From NCBI GenBank assembly GCA_030390025.1, contig CM059431.1, positions 138,820,001 to 138,884,000 on the forward strand: 64,000 nucleotides of DNA, read 5' to 3'. The DNA is from Squalus acanthias. Lineage: Eukaryota. The translations under genes were made by a program, and so were the position numbers. Positions 11,340 through 23,796 of this stretch are shown in pieces. The stretch's first letter is position 1. Each line of letters opens with the position of its first letter. The notes beneath the pieces are model-generated. The model was not told the origin of the DNA and made no database searches. It saw nothing but the letters and a program-made list of their open reading frames with translations.

Positions 11340-13010
11340 AATTGGTGGAGCCCAAAATATAAGTGCATAAGAGAAGGCAGAAGCGTTTGCTGCAATTTTT
11401 AGCCAGAAGAGCCGAGTGGATGATTCATCTCGGCCTCCTCCTGATGTCCGCACCTTCACAGAAGCCAGTCTTCAGCCAATTCGATTCACTGCACGTGATA
11501 TCAAGAAACGGCTGAGCGCACTGGATACAGCAAAGGCTATGGGCCCCGACAACAGCCCGGCTGTCGTGCTGAAGACTTGTGCTCCAGAACTAGCCACGCA
11601 TCTAGCCAAGCTGTTCAAGAACAGCTACAACACTGGCATCTATCCGACAATGTGGGAAACTGTCCATGTGTGTCCTGTCCAAAAAAAGCAGGACAAATCA
11701 AACCCGGCCAAATACCGCAACATCAGTCTACTCTCAATCAGTAGCAAAGTGATGGAAGGTGTCGTCGACAGTGCTATCAAACGGTACTTAGTCACCAATA
11801 ACCTGCTCACCGATGCTTAGTTTGGGTTCTGACAGGACCACTCGGCTCCCGACCTCATTACAGCCTTGGTTCAAACATGGACAAAGGAGCTGAATTCCAG
11901 AGGTGAGGTGAGAGTGATTGCCATAGATATCAAGGCAGCATTTAACCTAGTGTGACATCAAGGTTCTCTCGAAAAATGGAGGTCAATGGCAATCAGGGGA
12001 AAACTCTCCACTGGCTGGAGTCGCACCTAGCACAAAGGAAGATGGTTGTGGCTGTTGGAGGTCAATCATCATAGCCCCAGGACATCGCTGCAAGATTTCC
12101 GCAGGGCAGTGTCCTAGGCCCAAACATCTTCATCCGCTTCATTAATGTCCTTCCCTCCATCATAAGGTTAGAAGTGGGAATGTTAGCTGAAATTGCACAG
12201 TGCTCAGCTTCATTCGCAACTCCTCAGATAATGATGCTATCCTTTCCCGCATTCAGCAACACCTGGACAACTTACAAGTTTGGGCTTGTAACTAGCAAGT
12301 AACACTTGCGCCAGCAAATGCCAGGCAATGACCATATTCAACAAGAGAGAGTCTCACCACAGCCTCTTGACATTCAACGGTTTACCATCGCTGATTCCCC
12401 CTCCATCAACATCTAGCGGGGTCACCATTGACCAGAAACTTAACTGGACCAGCCACATAAATACAGGACAGGACAGAGGCTGTGTATTCTGTGACGAGTG
12501 ACTCAACTCTTGACTCCAAAGCCTTTCCACCATCTACAAGGCACAAGTCAGGAGCGCGAAAGCATACCGGCCATTTGCCTGGATCAGTGCAGCTCTAACA
12601 ATAGTCAGGAAACTCGAAACGATCCAATATAAAGTAACCCGCTTGATTGGCACCCCATCCACCACATTAAAGATTCACTCCCTCCACCAGCGTCGCACCA
12701 TGTGTACCACCTACAAGATGTACTGCTGCAACTCGCCAAGGCTTATTTAAAGCACCTCCCAAACCTCAAGGCAGCAGGCGAATGGCAACACCACCAGCTC
12801 CAAGTTCCCCTCCAAGTGACAGGCCATCCTGACTTTGAAATATATCGCCGATCCTTCAACGTCATTGGGTCAAAATCCTGAAGCTCTCTCATTAACAGCA
12901 CTGTGCAATTACCTTCACCTCACGGACTGCAACAGTTCAAGAAAGCTGCTCACCACCACCTTCTCAAGGGCAATCAGGGATGGGCAGTAAATGCTGAATT
13001 AGCCAGCTAT
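11340..13010 (+). mobile_element. Non-LTR LINE of a second family (CR1/L2-group RT; called family B here), decayed
   Basis: LDTAKAMGPDNSPAVVLKTCAPEL, YPTMW, KKQDKSNPAKYRNISLLS, DIKAAF, PQGSVLGP. Tail CACCACCACCTTCTCAAGGGCAATCAGGGATGGGCAGTAAATGCTG. Confidence 0.88.
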
Positions 13011-13139
13011 ATTTCTGACGATGTGTCTGTTTTACTGAACTTCTATGTAACAAGAAGAAATATAGTAAAATGTATAACTAACTAATCAGTTTGATATGAG
13101 CAGGAAGTTCTCAGAATAATGAGGATGCTTAAGTATCAC

Positions 13140-13857
13140 ATTGGACGGATTTTCCGGGGTCTCTGACCGCAGACGCGCCCCGCATATTCCGGGTTTCCAC
13201 AGGCCACGTCCAGTTTCAGCTTGACAGATCGTACCAATCCCGGGGAAATGGACATTCACTGGCGGAGAGTGGGTTTTTTGCCCAACCAATGACCAGCAAA
13301 TGCCTGAGAAACTCTTCCGCCTGGTAAAAGCAAGCGTAAGCCCTTCTTTTAACAGCAAAAGGATTTCAATAAATATTTCAGCAATTATTTAAACAGAAAA
13401 AACCTTAAAAATTAGGTTAGGTTATTTTAGGAAACGTTAAAAATGTTTAAATTTATTTTTCAAAAATAAAATTTTTCTATAAATTTGTATTTTGTATCAA
13501 AAAAGGTGGCACTTTTATTAATTTTAAAGATGCATCGTTTATTTTTATTTCAGTTTTGTGAAAAATTATTTTGGATGATTTCTATTATGTTTATGGAGAT
13601 TTCGTATGGAAATGTATCCCCATGAGCATAAGGGGAATCCCCCTTTTTGATTGGTTGGGCCGGCCCACATAATCCCAGAGACACTTGCGAACCACATGCG
13701 CTACTGGGATATGCCGACCTTTATGTAGACGTTCGCATAATGACCCAGGAGCGCAAGTGTGCGTAGGTCCCGAGGCAGTGGTTAGGTGCGTATTTTACTT
13801 GTAGTTCAGAGGCTTTTGCCCGCAGGAAGTCTCCAACAGCAATATCAGGCCCAATAT
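13140..13857. mobile_element. Possible non-autonomous DNA transposon (MITE-like)
   Basis: Imperfect terminal inverted similarity (TTGGACGGATTTTCC versus the reverse complement of GCAATATCAGGCCCAA), GC-rich ends, AT-rich core. It interrupts a copy of the 1.35-kb unit. Confidence 0.35.
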
Positions 13858-13994
13858 ATTCACTCTCCACCCTATCCAAAACCACGGGAGCTCTTGTGAG
13901 AGGCGAAAATCCAAATCGAACCCAGGGCTCTTTCGGGAGAATAATGTGGGATTATTCTCCCTAATTCAGCGAGAAGGCGTCCATCGCACGAGAC

Positions 13995-14703
13995 GTGGAG
14001 GAGCAGAGGGATCTGGGGGTTCATATCCACAGATCTCTGAAGGTTGCCACTCAAGTGGATAGAGCAGTAAAGAAGGCCTATGGTGTGTTAGCGTTTATTA
14101 ACAGAGGGTTTGAGTTTAAGAACCGTGAGGTTATGCTGCAACTGTACAGGACCTTGGTGAGACCACATTTGGAATATTGTGTGCAGTTCTGGTCACCTCA
14201 CTATAGGAAGGACGTAGAAGCATTGGAAAGAGTGCAAAGGAGATTTACGAGGATGCTGCCTAGTTTGGGGGGGAGGTCTTATGAGGAAAGATTGAGGGAG
14301 TTGGGGCTTTTCTCTTTAGAGCGGAGGAGGATGAGAGGCGACTTAATAGAGGTTTATAAGATGATGAGGGGGATAGATAGAGTGGATGTTCAGAGACTAT
14401 TTCCTCGGGTAGAGGCAGCTGTTACAAGGGGGCATAACTATAAGGTGCATGGGGGGAGATATAAAAGGGATGTCCGAGGTAGATTCTTTACTCAGAGAGT
14501 GGTTGGGGTGTGGAATGGACTGCCTGCTGTGATAGTGGAGTCGGACACTTTAGGAACTTTCAAGCGGTTATTGGATAAGCACATGGAGCACACCAGAGTG
14601 ATAGGGAGTGTGATAGCTTGATCTTGGTCTCGGACAATGCTCGGCACAACATCGAGGGCCGAAGGGCCTGTACTGTGCTGTACTGTACTGTTCTATGTAC
14701 TGT
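13995..14703 (+). mobile_element. Young 5'-truncated CR1 LINE with an open ORF2 C-terminus
   Basis: Uninterrupted 208-codon frame EEQRDLGVHIH...LEYCVQFWSPH...FFTQRVVGVWNGLP. Tail GGGCCGAAGGGCCTGTACTGTGCTGTACTG. Confidence 0.95.
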
Positions 14704-14849
14704 TTCCCAGAGTTCCACCATCTCAGGGATCAGGACAAGGCAAGGATCAGCTCAAATTTCAAATTCGCGTTTGCTAAAATAAATCACTGCAATTCTACCT
14801 CTTTTTTGCAACGAAGTAACCTGGGTATAAATATGAAAATTTACACCGA

Positions 14850-15250
14850 TTTTTGAATTAATTTTTCGGATACAGGCTTCGCTGACAAGGCCAGCATTTA
14901 TTGCCCAAAGCTAGTTGCCCTTAAGAAGGTGCTGTGAGCTGTCATCTTAAGCCGCTGCAGTCCATATGGTAAACGTGCTCCCTCAGTGTTGTTATTTAGG
15001 GTTTTCTTGGATTTGGACCCAGTGAGGATGAAAGTTCGGTGATATATGTTCCAGTCAGGATGCTGCATGACTTGAATTGGAAGCTGGCCGTTCCCACGCG
15101 TCTGCTGCCCTTGTCCTACTCGCTGGCAGTGATTGCAGTTTCGGGAGGTGCTGTCCCAGAAGCCTTAGCGAGTTGCTGCAGTTCATCTTGTAGTTAGTAC
15201 CCATTGCAGAAACGGTGCACCAGTGGTAGAGGGAGTGTGTGTTTAACAGA
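14850..15250 (-). mobile_element. LINE family B 3' end
   Basis: GGCCAGCATTTATTGCCC...CCCTTAAGAAGGTG is the reverse complement of the family B tail. Confidence 0.8.
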
Positions 15251-15590
15251 GAACCATAGGAACAGGAGTAGACCAATCTGCCCGTTGAGCCTGCTACACC
15301 ATTCAATTAGATCAGGGATGAACTTTAACCTAACTATATGTATCCGCCTTCACTCCATATACTTTAACAACCTTGGCTAGCAAAAACCTATCGATCACCG
15401 ATTTAAAATGATTAATTTCGCTAGCATCTACTGTTTTTTGTGGGAGGGAGTTCCAAACTTCCACCACCATTTTCGAGACGAAGTATTTCCTAACTCCTCT
15501 CCTGAAAGGCCTTGCTCTAATTTAATGGTTATGTTTCCTGTTCTAGACTCGCCAGACAGCGGATAACCTTTCTCTCCACCCTCTCTTAGA
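15251..15590 (-). mobile_element. CR1 3' end fragment
   Basis: CATAGGAACAGGAGTAGACC...GAGCCTGCTACACCATTCAATTAGATC is the reverse complement of a CR1 tail. Confidence 0.8.
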
Positions 15591-16820
15591 TTCATCTAAT
15601 CGTTATAGCACAGAAAGAGGCCATTCGGCCAGTCGAGCCAGTGCTGGCTCTCTGCAAGAGCACTTCAGCTGGTTCCACTTCCCCGCCCATTCCTCGTAGC
15701 CCTGCAATTAGTTTCCCTTTAGGTACTTATCAAATTTCCTTTTCAAAGCTACGATTGAATCTGCCTCCACCACCCGTTCAGGCAGTGCATTACAGATCAT
15801 AACCAGTCGATCATAACCTCTATGATTTTGCGCACGAAATCTCCTCTCAATCTTCCCTGCTCTAACGAAAACAACCCCAGATTCTCCAGTCTATCCACGT
15901 AACTGAAGTCTTTCATTCCTGGAACCATCCCTGTAAATATTTTCTGAACCCTCTCTAAAACCTTCACATCCTTCCTAAAGTGCGCTGCCCAGAATTGGAC
16001 ACAATGCTCCAGTTGTAGCCGAACCAGTATTTTATAAAGCTTCATCATAACTTCCTGGCTTTTGTACTCTATACCTCTATTTTAAAAAGCACAGGATGCC
16101 GTAGGCTTTTTTAACCGCTTTCTCAACTTGCCCTGCCAACTTCAACGTTTTGTGTACATATATCCCCATGTCTCTCTGTTCCTGCAAAAACTTTAGAATT
16201 GTACTCTTTAGTTCATATTGCCTCTCCTCGTTCTTCTTACCAAAATATATCACTGCACACCTTTCTGTGTTAAACTTCATCTGCCATGTGTCAGCCCATT
16301 CCACCAGCCTGTCTAAGTCCTCTTGAAGTCTATCCCTGTCCTCGTAACTGTTCACTATACTTCCAAGTTTTGAGTCATCTGCAAAATTTGAAATAGTGCC
16401 ATTTACACCCAAGTGCAAATCATTAATATATATCAGGAAAGCACTGGTCCTAGTAGAGACCTGACCCCTGGGAACACCACTGTGTACCTTCCGCCAGTCC
16501 GAAAAACAACCATTCACCACTATTCTCTGTTTCCTCTCACTTAGTCAATTTCGTATCCATATTGCCACTGTCCCTTTTATTACATGGGCTTCAACTTTGC
16601 TGGCAAGCCTATTATGTGGCACTTTATCAAACGCCTTTTGTAAGTCCATGTACACCACATCAAGCGCATTGGCCTAATCAAGCCTCTCTGTTGCCTCATT
16701 AAAAAAATTCTATCAAGATAGTAAATCACAATTTGCCTTTAACAAATCCGTGCTGCCTTCCCTTAATTAATCCACACTTGTCCACGTTACTGTTAATTTT
16801 GTCCCGGATTATTCCTTTCA
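15591..16820 (-). mobile_element. CR1 LINE 3' fragment
   Basis: Minus ORFs KLYKILVRLQLEHCVQFW and NFADDSKLG...WADTWQMKFNTE, with a tail at 15591-15660. Confidence 0.9.
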
Positions 16821-18519
16821 AAATTCTAAAAAAAACTTAATTTATTTCACCTGTTAAACTTCTATATTTCAATAAAAAAGTTTATGGGTGAAATAAATAG
16901 TTCATTTAATCTCTCCTAATAGTCTAACCCTTGCAGACCTGGAAACATTCTGGTGAATCTGCACTGTAATCCTTCCAAGGCCAATATATCCTTTCTGAGG
17001 TGCGGTTCCCAGAACTGTAAGCAGTATTCCAGATGTGGCCTAAGCAGCGTTTTGTATAGCTGTAGCAACATTTTCTACTCATTACCTGATAGCCCTCTAG
17101 TTATAAATGCTAATATTCCATGAGCCGTTATGATTATTTTGTATCTGACTAATAAATTTTAATAATCTGCGTACATGGACCCCTAAATCAGTTTGGACCT
17201 CCACTGTTCCTATCTTTCCACCATTCAAAATACTCAGATCTATCCTTTTTTTGGTCCAAGTTGTATATCCACACATTTACCTGTATTGAACTCCATCTGC
17301 CACAGTTTTGCCATTCACTTAATCTATCAATGAATCTTCGTAATATTATGTCCCCTTCTATATTACTTACTGTACCACCAACCTTTGTTTCATCGGCAAC
17401 ATTTGATATATGACTTCTATTATTTTATGGAAGACATTAACAAATGAAGTGAATTGTTTCAGTCCCAGCACAGTTCCTTGTGGGACACCAATAGTCCCTT
17501 CCTGCCAATGCGAGTATATACTCCTTAACCCTACTCTCTCTTCTGCCGCCTAACCAGTATCCTAACCACGTCAATAATTTCCCTTCAACTCCATGAACTT
17601 TAATTTGAGCGAACAGTCGCTTATGTGGAACCCTATCGAATGCCTTCTGGGATTCCATATGAACTATATCAATATACATTTTCCTCACTACCACTTTAGT
17701 TATCTCCTCAAAAAAAATCAAATAGGTTCGTTAGACATGACCTCCCATTTACAAATCCATGTTGGCTCTCTCTAATCAGCTCGATATTGTCGAAGTGCTC
17801 AGTCACGCTGTCTTTAATTATAGATTCCAATAACTTCCCTACAACAGATATTAGACTAAAGGGTCTATAATTTCCTGGTTTCTCTCTGACACATTTCAGT
17901 AGAATCTTAAAATTGTGTTACGTTTCTCCTTTTAGAACCTATCATTGCATTTGATCATATTTTGCTCACTGTTAGATAGTAGTTCTCTTAGTGTTTGATT
18001 AATACTAAGACTGGCTCATTATTCATTACTAAATCTACTATGGCCTGCCCTCCTGTTGGTTCTTCAACATATTGCTCCAGAAACTATCTTGAATGGACTC
18101 AATAAATTCACTACCTTTCCGACTTGAGCTACTCTGCTCTTCACATTCTATCTGAAAGTTAAAGTCTCAAAATAAAACAACCATGCTTTTGCTATAATCC
18201 TCTCTAATCTCTGAATTAACATATTCTGTATCGTCATTCCTGCTATCGGGAAACCTGTAGACAACTCCCGTTAAAGCTTTAAGTACAAGCGTATTCCTCA
18301 ATTCCCACCACAGAGTCTCAGCAGATTATTAACCCTTACCTGTATCCTCTCTTACTAAAGCTCTAATATACCTTTAATCATTAAGGCTATCCCTCCTCAT
18401 CTTACAGATTCCCTATCCTTTCTACAGAATAGATACCCTCGAATATTTATCTCCCAATCATGATCAGATTACAGCATGTCCCAGTAATAACTACGATTAG
18501 TGCCCTCAAAGCTGTATTT

Positions 18520-19435
18520 AAGAACACAAGCAATGGGAGAAGGAATAGGCCATACGGGCCCTCGAGCCTGCTCCGCCATTTAATAAGATTATGTCCGATC
18601 ATTTACCTCAACTCCACCCTCCCGCACTAATTTCATATCTCTTGATTCCGTTAATATCCAAAAATCTACTGATCTATGTCAACGACTGAGCACCAACAAT
18701 CTTCTGGTGTAGAGAATTACAAAGATTCCCAAACATCTGATTGAAGAAATTCCTCCTCAGCTCAGTCCTAAATTGCCGACCCCTTATTCGGAGACGGTGT
18801 TCTCTAGTTCTAGACTCCCCAGCCAGTGGAAACCTCTCCCAGCATCTAACCTGTCAAGCCCTGTAATAAGGTTATATGTTTTAATGAGATCACCTCTGAT
18901 TCTTCTAAATTCTCTAGAGAATATGGCCCTAGTCTCTTCAATCTCTCCTCATAGGACAATCCCCTCATCCCAAGCAATCAGTCTGTTGGACCTTCGTTGC
19001 ACTCACTCTAAGACAAGTATATCCTTCCTTTGGTAAGAAGACCAAAACTTTACACAGTACTCCAGTTGTGGACTCATCAAGGATGATATAATTGCAGTAC
19101 GACTTATTCACTCTTATACTCCAATTTTTATTTTAAATTAAAGCTAACATATCATTTGATTTCCTAATTGCTTGCTGCACCTGCATGCTAACTTGCAGTG
19201 TATAAGGACACCCAGTTCCCTCTGAATCCCAACATTTCACGATCGCCCCCATTTAAGAATATTCTGTCTTTCTCTTTTTCCTACCAAAGTGGATAAGCTC
19301 ACATTTAAACACGAGTTATTCCATCTGCCATGTTACTTACCAATCGCTTAACCTGTCTGTATCCCTTTGAATCATTTTTGCAACCTGCCTCACAACTTAT
19401 TTTCACACCTATCTTTGTATCATCAGCAAACGCGG
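18520..19435 (-). mobile_element. Nested CR1 3' fragment
   Basis: Starts with the reverse-complement CR1 tail (GGAATAGGCC...CTCGAGCCTGCTCCGCCATT) and continues into ORF2. Confidence 0.82.
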
Positions 19436-19576
19436 ATCCATTTGACAAACTTGAGCCTCCAATTCACTAAATTTATTTCTCATACCCCGTACCTTAGTAT
19501 ATAAAACTCTTATTTGGGAAAGAGACCTAAGCTGAACTTTTGTCCTGATGCTGTCTTTCTTACACCGTTTAGCAAC

Positions 19577-19886
19577 CGTTGGTTGTGGTGGTTGAAGGTC
19601 AATCATCAAAGCCCCAGGACTACGCAGCAGGAGTTCCTCAGGGCGGTGTCCTAGGCCCAACCATTTTCAGCTACTTCATTAATGAACTTCCCTCCAACAT
19701 ACGGTCAGAAATGGGGACGTTCGCTGATGACTGCAACGTGTTCAGTGCCATTCACAACTCCTCAGATAATGAAGCAGTTCACGCCCGCCTGCAACAAGAA
19801 CTGGACGATATACAGGCTTGAGCTGATATGTGCCAGGTAAGTTTCGCGCCACAAAAGTGCCAGGCAATGACTATCTCCAACAAGCG
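19577..19886 (+). mobile_element. LINE family B internal RT fragment
   Basis: VVVVEGQSSKPQDYAAGVPQGGVLGPTIFSYFINELP...FADD. Confidence 0.85.
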
Positions 19887-21102
19887 TTTTTATCGCTCAA
19901 TTATCATTTTTACTGTTGTTTATGACTGAGCCCTGCCCCTACCACATTTAATAGTTTAATGTTCATTTTTGCCACGCTATTTATCCTTTCCACTAGGACT
20001 TTGGTTTTAGCCCGGTTCAGGTACAGCCTTGGCCCAGCACTGGTACCAGTGTCCCATGAAATGGAGTCCCTCCCTCCCACAACATTAACCCAGGCACGTG
20101 TTCCTCTCCCTGGTCTGTTTGACTCTGTGGCAATTAGCCCGTGGTTCGGGTAATAATCCTGAGATTAGCACCCTTGAAGACATGGTTTATAATGTAGCTC
20201 CTCACTCCGCATACTCCCTCAGCAAGAACTCCTCACTTTTTTACCTTTTGTCACTAGTGCCGACATGAACCACGACTAACACCGCTTTCCAAATTCCTTT
20301 GCAACCGCAAGCTTTTGGGTAAACGGAGGTAATGAACACTGACATTTCCGATAATCCTCCCTCTCTGTGTGAGGCCACGCTCGGGGAGGGAACTTCTGTA
20401 ACCTCCACAAAAACGGTCGAGCAAGTTACAACTGAAATAGTTATCGACTCAGATCAATGGGAAATAAAGTGAGAGGCTCCTCTCTCCTATAAATTAGTTG
20501 TGCAGGAACATTTAAAACTTGTAACGGTGCAGAATAAACTCTCATTTTGTTCAAACCATCCGGTGGGACGGATTTTACAGCAGCAGTTATCGCCGTTTCC
20601 AATTCCCTTTCGCAATTTACAATTGAATCTGCCCCAACTATACTTTCAGGTATTGCATTCCCGATAACAACAACTGCTGTGCAAAAAAATGTTTGCTTAT
20701 GTCGCGTCTGGTTCTTCTGTCAATTACCTTGAAATTCGCCAAAGTGTTTGAACAGGGCAGTTCAATATGATTGGAGCTATTTGCTCATGTGGAGGATAAA
20801 GAAAACCATTGACTGGTTGAGCGGAATGGATTGTTTCCGTGTTGTATCATCGATGTATTTCTGTGTACATTGAGGTCTCTCGGTTTCGCATTAGTATTAG
20901 GATCCTGGGAAAATGATTGGGGACATCAGGGTGTTAGAACACTGGGGCCAGACCTGGGATCAGGGAGCACTGCGGATGTGGCCTAAAGGTTTGTGAACAG
21001 AGAGAGCGGCTCTGGAGTTAGGTAGTTGGGGCAAATATGAAACGTGGCTGTTTGGGATCCAGAAATTCGAACAACTCGGAATGTACATATGTCTTTGAAA
21101 GA

Positions 21103-21108
21103 TTTATT
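21103..21108 (-). terminator. Candidate polyadenylation signal of the B3GALT5-like gene
   Basis: AATAAA on the minus strand about 975 nt past the stop codon. Motif only. Confidence 0.3.
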
Positions 21109-21349
21109 CAACTATTCTGACGTTAAAATATATTAATGTATACCCAGGTTTTGGAGACTTGCTGAGGCTTTGAAGTTAACCCTTCATGGAAGTCAATAAA
21201 ATAAATATTAAAACAATGCAATCATTAGATTTAATGCTGTTGATGCGAAAATGCAATTTTTAAATTTTTACTCAGAACCTTATTTTGAAGATCAGACATT
21301 TTAGATACTGAAAAAAATGACAGAAATTATTTTCAAGTAGCTTTTTGAT

Positions 21350-21610
21350 TAATTTGATTGGTTCATCAAGCAAGAATTCGTTCCTGTGTCGGCTCTTTGA
21401 AACAGCCTCCATTTAGTTCCAATCCTCTGCTCCTTCCCCATAGGCCTGCACATTTTCCCCTTCAAGTATTCATTCAATTCCCTTTTGAAAGTTACTATTG
21501 AAACTGCATCTACCACCCTTTCAAAGCACTGCATTCCAGATCATAACAACTCGCTGTGAGAGACAAATTCACCTCATCTTCTCCCTGGATCTATCGTTAA
21601 TTATCTTACA
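21350..21610 (-). mobile_element. CR1 3' end fragment downstream of, or within the 3' UTR of, the B3GALT5-like gene
   Basis: Minus translation ERVVDAVSIVTFKRELNEYLK plus tail. Confidence 0.7.
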
Positions 21611-22082
21611 AATATACATCTTTACATATCTTGATTTCATGTTATTATTTGTGGTGAGAAATCGAGGTAAATTGCAATTTGGGAACCGGAGGTGTGGATT
21701 TGGCTTCTCTGTGGTACAGGCGGAGGAGCTGGGAGACGTCAAACTGATGTTCTACAGCACCACCAAAGCAAGGAGCGTGTAATTACATCATGGCCTGTTC
21801 ATGCAGGAGGTATCCTTAATAAAGGTGAAGAGATGGAGGAAATAAATAGAGATGCACAAATTCCTATAAAGGACAGATAAACCTAACACCTTGTCGCATC
21901 TCCCAGAATCATCCTAAAGCACTTGACACATGCTATTTTGGAGGTGCAGTGAGTATTATGCCTACACACCAGCAGCAGCAGTTAAGGTATCAGGTATGGG
22001 TGGAATGATGCTGCAAAATAAATGGATTGAGGCAAGTGGCATTTGGAGAGGCAAATGACAAGCCTCTTCAAGGTGGCCTCCT

Positions 22083-23036
22083 TCACGTATCTCCAGGGCA
22101 GTCCTCAGTTGCAGCATCTGCCAGTGCTTTCCAGTAGATTAGCAGCTCGGATGGGTTCACCCCGTGAGAGGTCACGATTTTCCGAAAGGTGCAAACAGAA
22201 AACGGGACCTTTGACATGTGGAACGTTGGGCGCGAGTGGATATCCACCGGTTCTATCTTCAACCATGCCAGGCAGAGAGCGACGAAAACATCCTCGGGTT
22301 TCAATTTGGGGAAGGTTTTCGAAACGGTCCAAACTCGGCAGGCGACATCAGTCGAGAGCACGTACCCAGTGCCGGAGCAGAATGGCGGATACGTTTCCAG
22401 TGGGTATTCCTGTTCACTCACGTACCATTTACTGGATTTGTCCCTGTTGGGTCTTAGGTGTCTCATTATGTGGCCGGTGAAGATATTCCTGCGACTGGTT
22501 CGTGACAGGAGTTCTCTCAGATAATCAGCGTTGACAAACATGTCTGAATCGGTTTTCATCACAAAGGAGGCGGATGGACAAAATCGGCTCACCCATTCCA
22601 GGACCATCAGCACCTTGGTGGTCAGATTGTAATAAGTGTCGCCGAACTCTTTCTGTATGATGTCTTTGTGCAACAAACCTTCTTCTAGCAGATGCTTCTG
22701 ATGCTCCCGGCTGTACCCGAGCAGGAAGTAGGTCACTACCCTCTTGCCATGTGTTGTCTGCTCTCTCCCCCAGGTCTGGCGAATGGCCGAGCGAGCTTCG
22801 AACTGGTCCTGGGCGCTGGTGACGAGAAGGACCAGGAATGGGGGACTGACGTCACACTTACTGTCCGGTCGCATTAAGAAGGAGGCGTCATTTAACTCTG
22901 GGTAATGCCAATAGTCAGAAATATTGTGGCTTAAATATCCCAGTATAATAAGTATGATCAAAAGGGTCACACAAACAAATGAACTTTTCTTTGGACGTAA
23001 GTTGAAACAAGATATTGGCCCAGAAAATGTCTTCAT
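22083..23036 (-). CDS. B3GALT5: Beta-1,3-galactosyltransferase 5-like (GT31 family), single coding exon, 317 aa
   Basis: Intact ORF. Type II membrane anchor (FVCVTLLIILIILGYL) and motifs PPFLVLLVTS, AIRQTWG, DIIQK, YYNLT, FVMKTDSD (DxD), SKWYVS, YPPFCSGTGYV, EDVFV, HSRPTF, FSVC and a C-terminal EDCP, as in vertebrate B3GALT5. Confidence 0.93.
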   Translation of the reverse strand: MKTFSGPISCFNLRPKKSSFVCVTLLIILIILGYLSHNISDYWHYPELNDASFLMRPDSKCDVSPPFLVLLVTSAQDQFEARSAIRQTWGREQTTHGKRVVTYFLLGYSREHQKHLLEEGLLHKDIIQKEFGDTYYNLTTKVLMVLEWVSRFCPSASFVMKTDSDMFVNADYLRELLSRTSRRNIFTGHIMRHLRPNRDKSSKWYVSEQEYPLETYPPFCSGTGYVLSTDVACRVWTVSKTFPKLKPEDVFVALCLAWLKIEPVDIHSRPTFHMSKVPFSVCTFRKIVTSHGVNPSELLIYWKALADAATEDCPGDT

Positions 23037-23048
23037 GTTTTGAATCAG

Positions 23049-23075
23049 CTGTAAAACAAAATAAACAAATAGATT
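23049..23075 (-). promoter_or_regulatory. Splice acceptor of the B3GALT5-like coding exon
   Basis: Minus strand reads CTATTTGTTTATTTTGTTTTACAG|CTGATTCAAAACATG: a T-rich tract and AG, 12 nt before the ATG. Confidence 0.8.
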
Positions 23076-23139
23076 TTGGAGGATTCCTGCTAATGCAAGG
23101 GGAACCTCTTTCCAGTTTAAGATTATTTAGCTGGATTAG

Positions 23140-23580
23140 TAACATAGGAATAGGAGGAGGATATTCAGCCCGTCGAACATGTTCTGCCATTCATTTAGCT
23201 CATGTTTGATCTGTATCTGAACTCCATTTACCCACCTTGGTATTGTAATCCTTAATAGCCTTACCCAACGTAAAATCTATTAATCGCAGTCTTGAACGGT
23301 TCATTGACGCCAGCATCAACAGATTTTTGAGGGACAGCGTTCCAGATTTCCAACCTCCTTTTTGTGAAGAAGTGCTTCCTGACATCACTCCAGAACGGCC
23401 CAGCTCTCATTTTATTATTTTCCCCCTTCTCCTGGACTCCGCCACCAGAGGTATATATTTTCCCTCTACTGCCTACACTGAATCTACTGTAACCGGCTCT
23501 AGCAGATCAACTGTTAATTTTCTATACCCCAGGCAGTACAAGCCAAGTGTATGAAATCTGTCCTCACAATTTAACATTTT
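23140..23580 (-). mobile_element. CR1 3' end fragment (intronic)
   Basis: AACATAGGAATAGGAGGAGGATATTCAGCCCGTCGA reverse-complement tail, followed by ORF2 C-terminal remnants. Confidence 0.8.
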
Positions 23581-23796
23581 AGACTGAAAGTGAATGGAGC
23601 AAATTCATCACATCAACTTTTAACTTGTTGGCCTGGTGCTGTCCCATTTTAACATGTCCCCCGACAATAACTGGTTTATTTGAAATAAGTTGGAGTCGCC
23701 GCTAAAATTATCGAAGATGAAGGTCACAAAGACGAAGGCGGCTGTCGTCTTTTCAGCTGTGGAAACCAAATATGGAAAAAGAAGAAATGTATGAGG

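Larger units (their letters stand above)
16900..20300 (-). mobile_element. Old CR1 LINE (RT, endonuclease and upstream region) with nested insertions
   Basis: Minus translations QKAFDRVPHKRL and RVLYTKVRGMRNKFSELEAQ (endonuclease N-terminus). Interrupted at ~18520-19435 and ~19575-19885. Confidence 0.7.

Noticed and set aside
22043..22877. Plus-strand and alternative-frame ORFs overlapping the B3GALT5-like CDS
   Set aside because: They are shadow ORFs of a GC-richer coding exon with no recognisable motifs.
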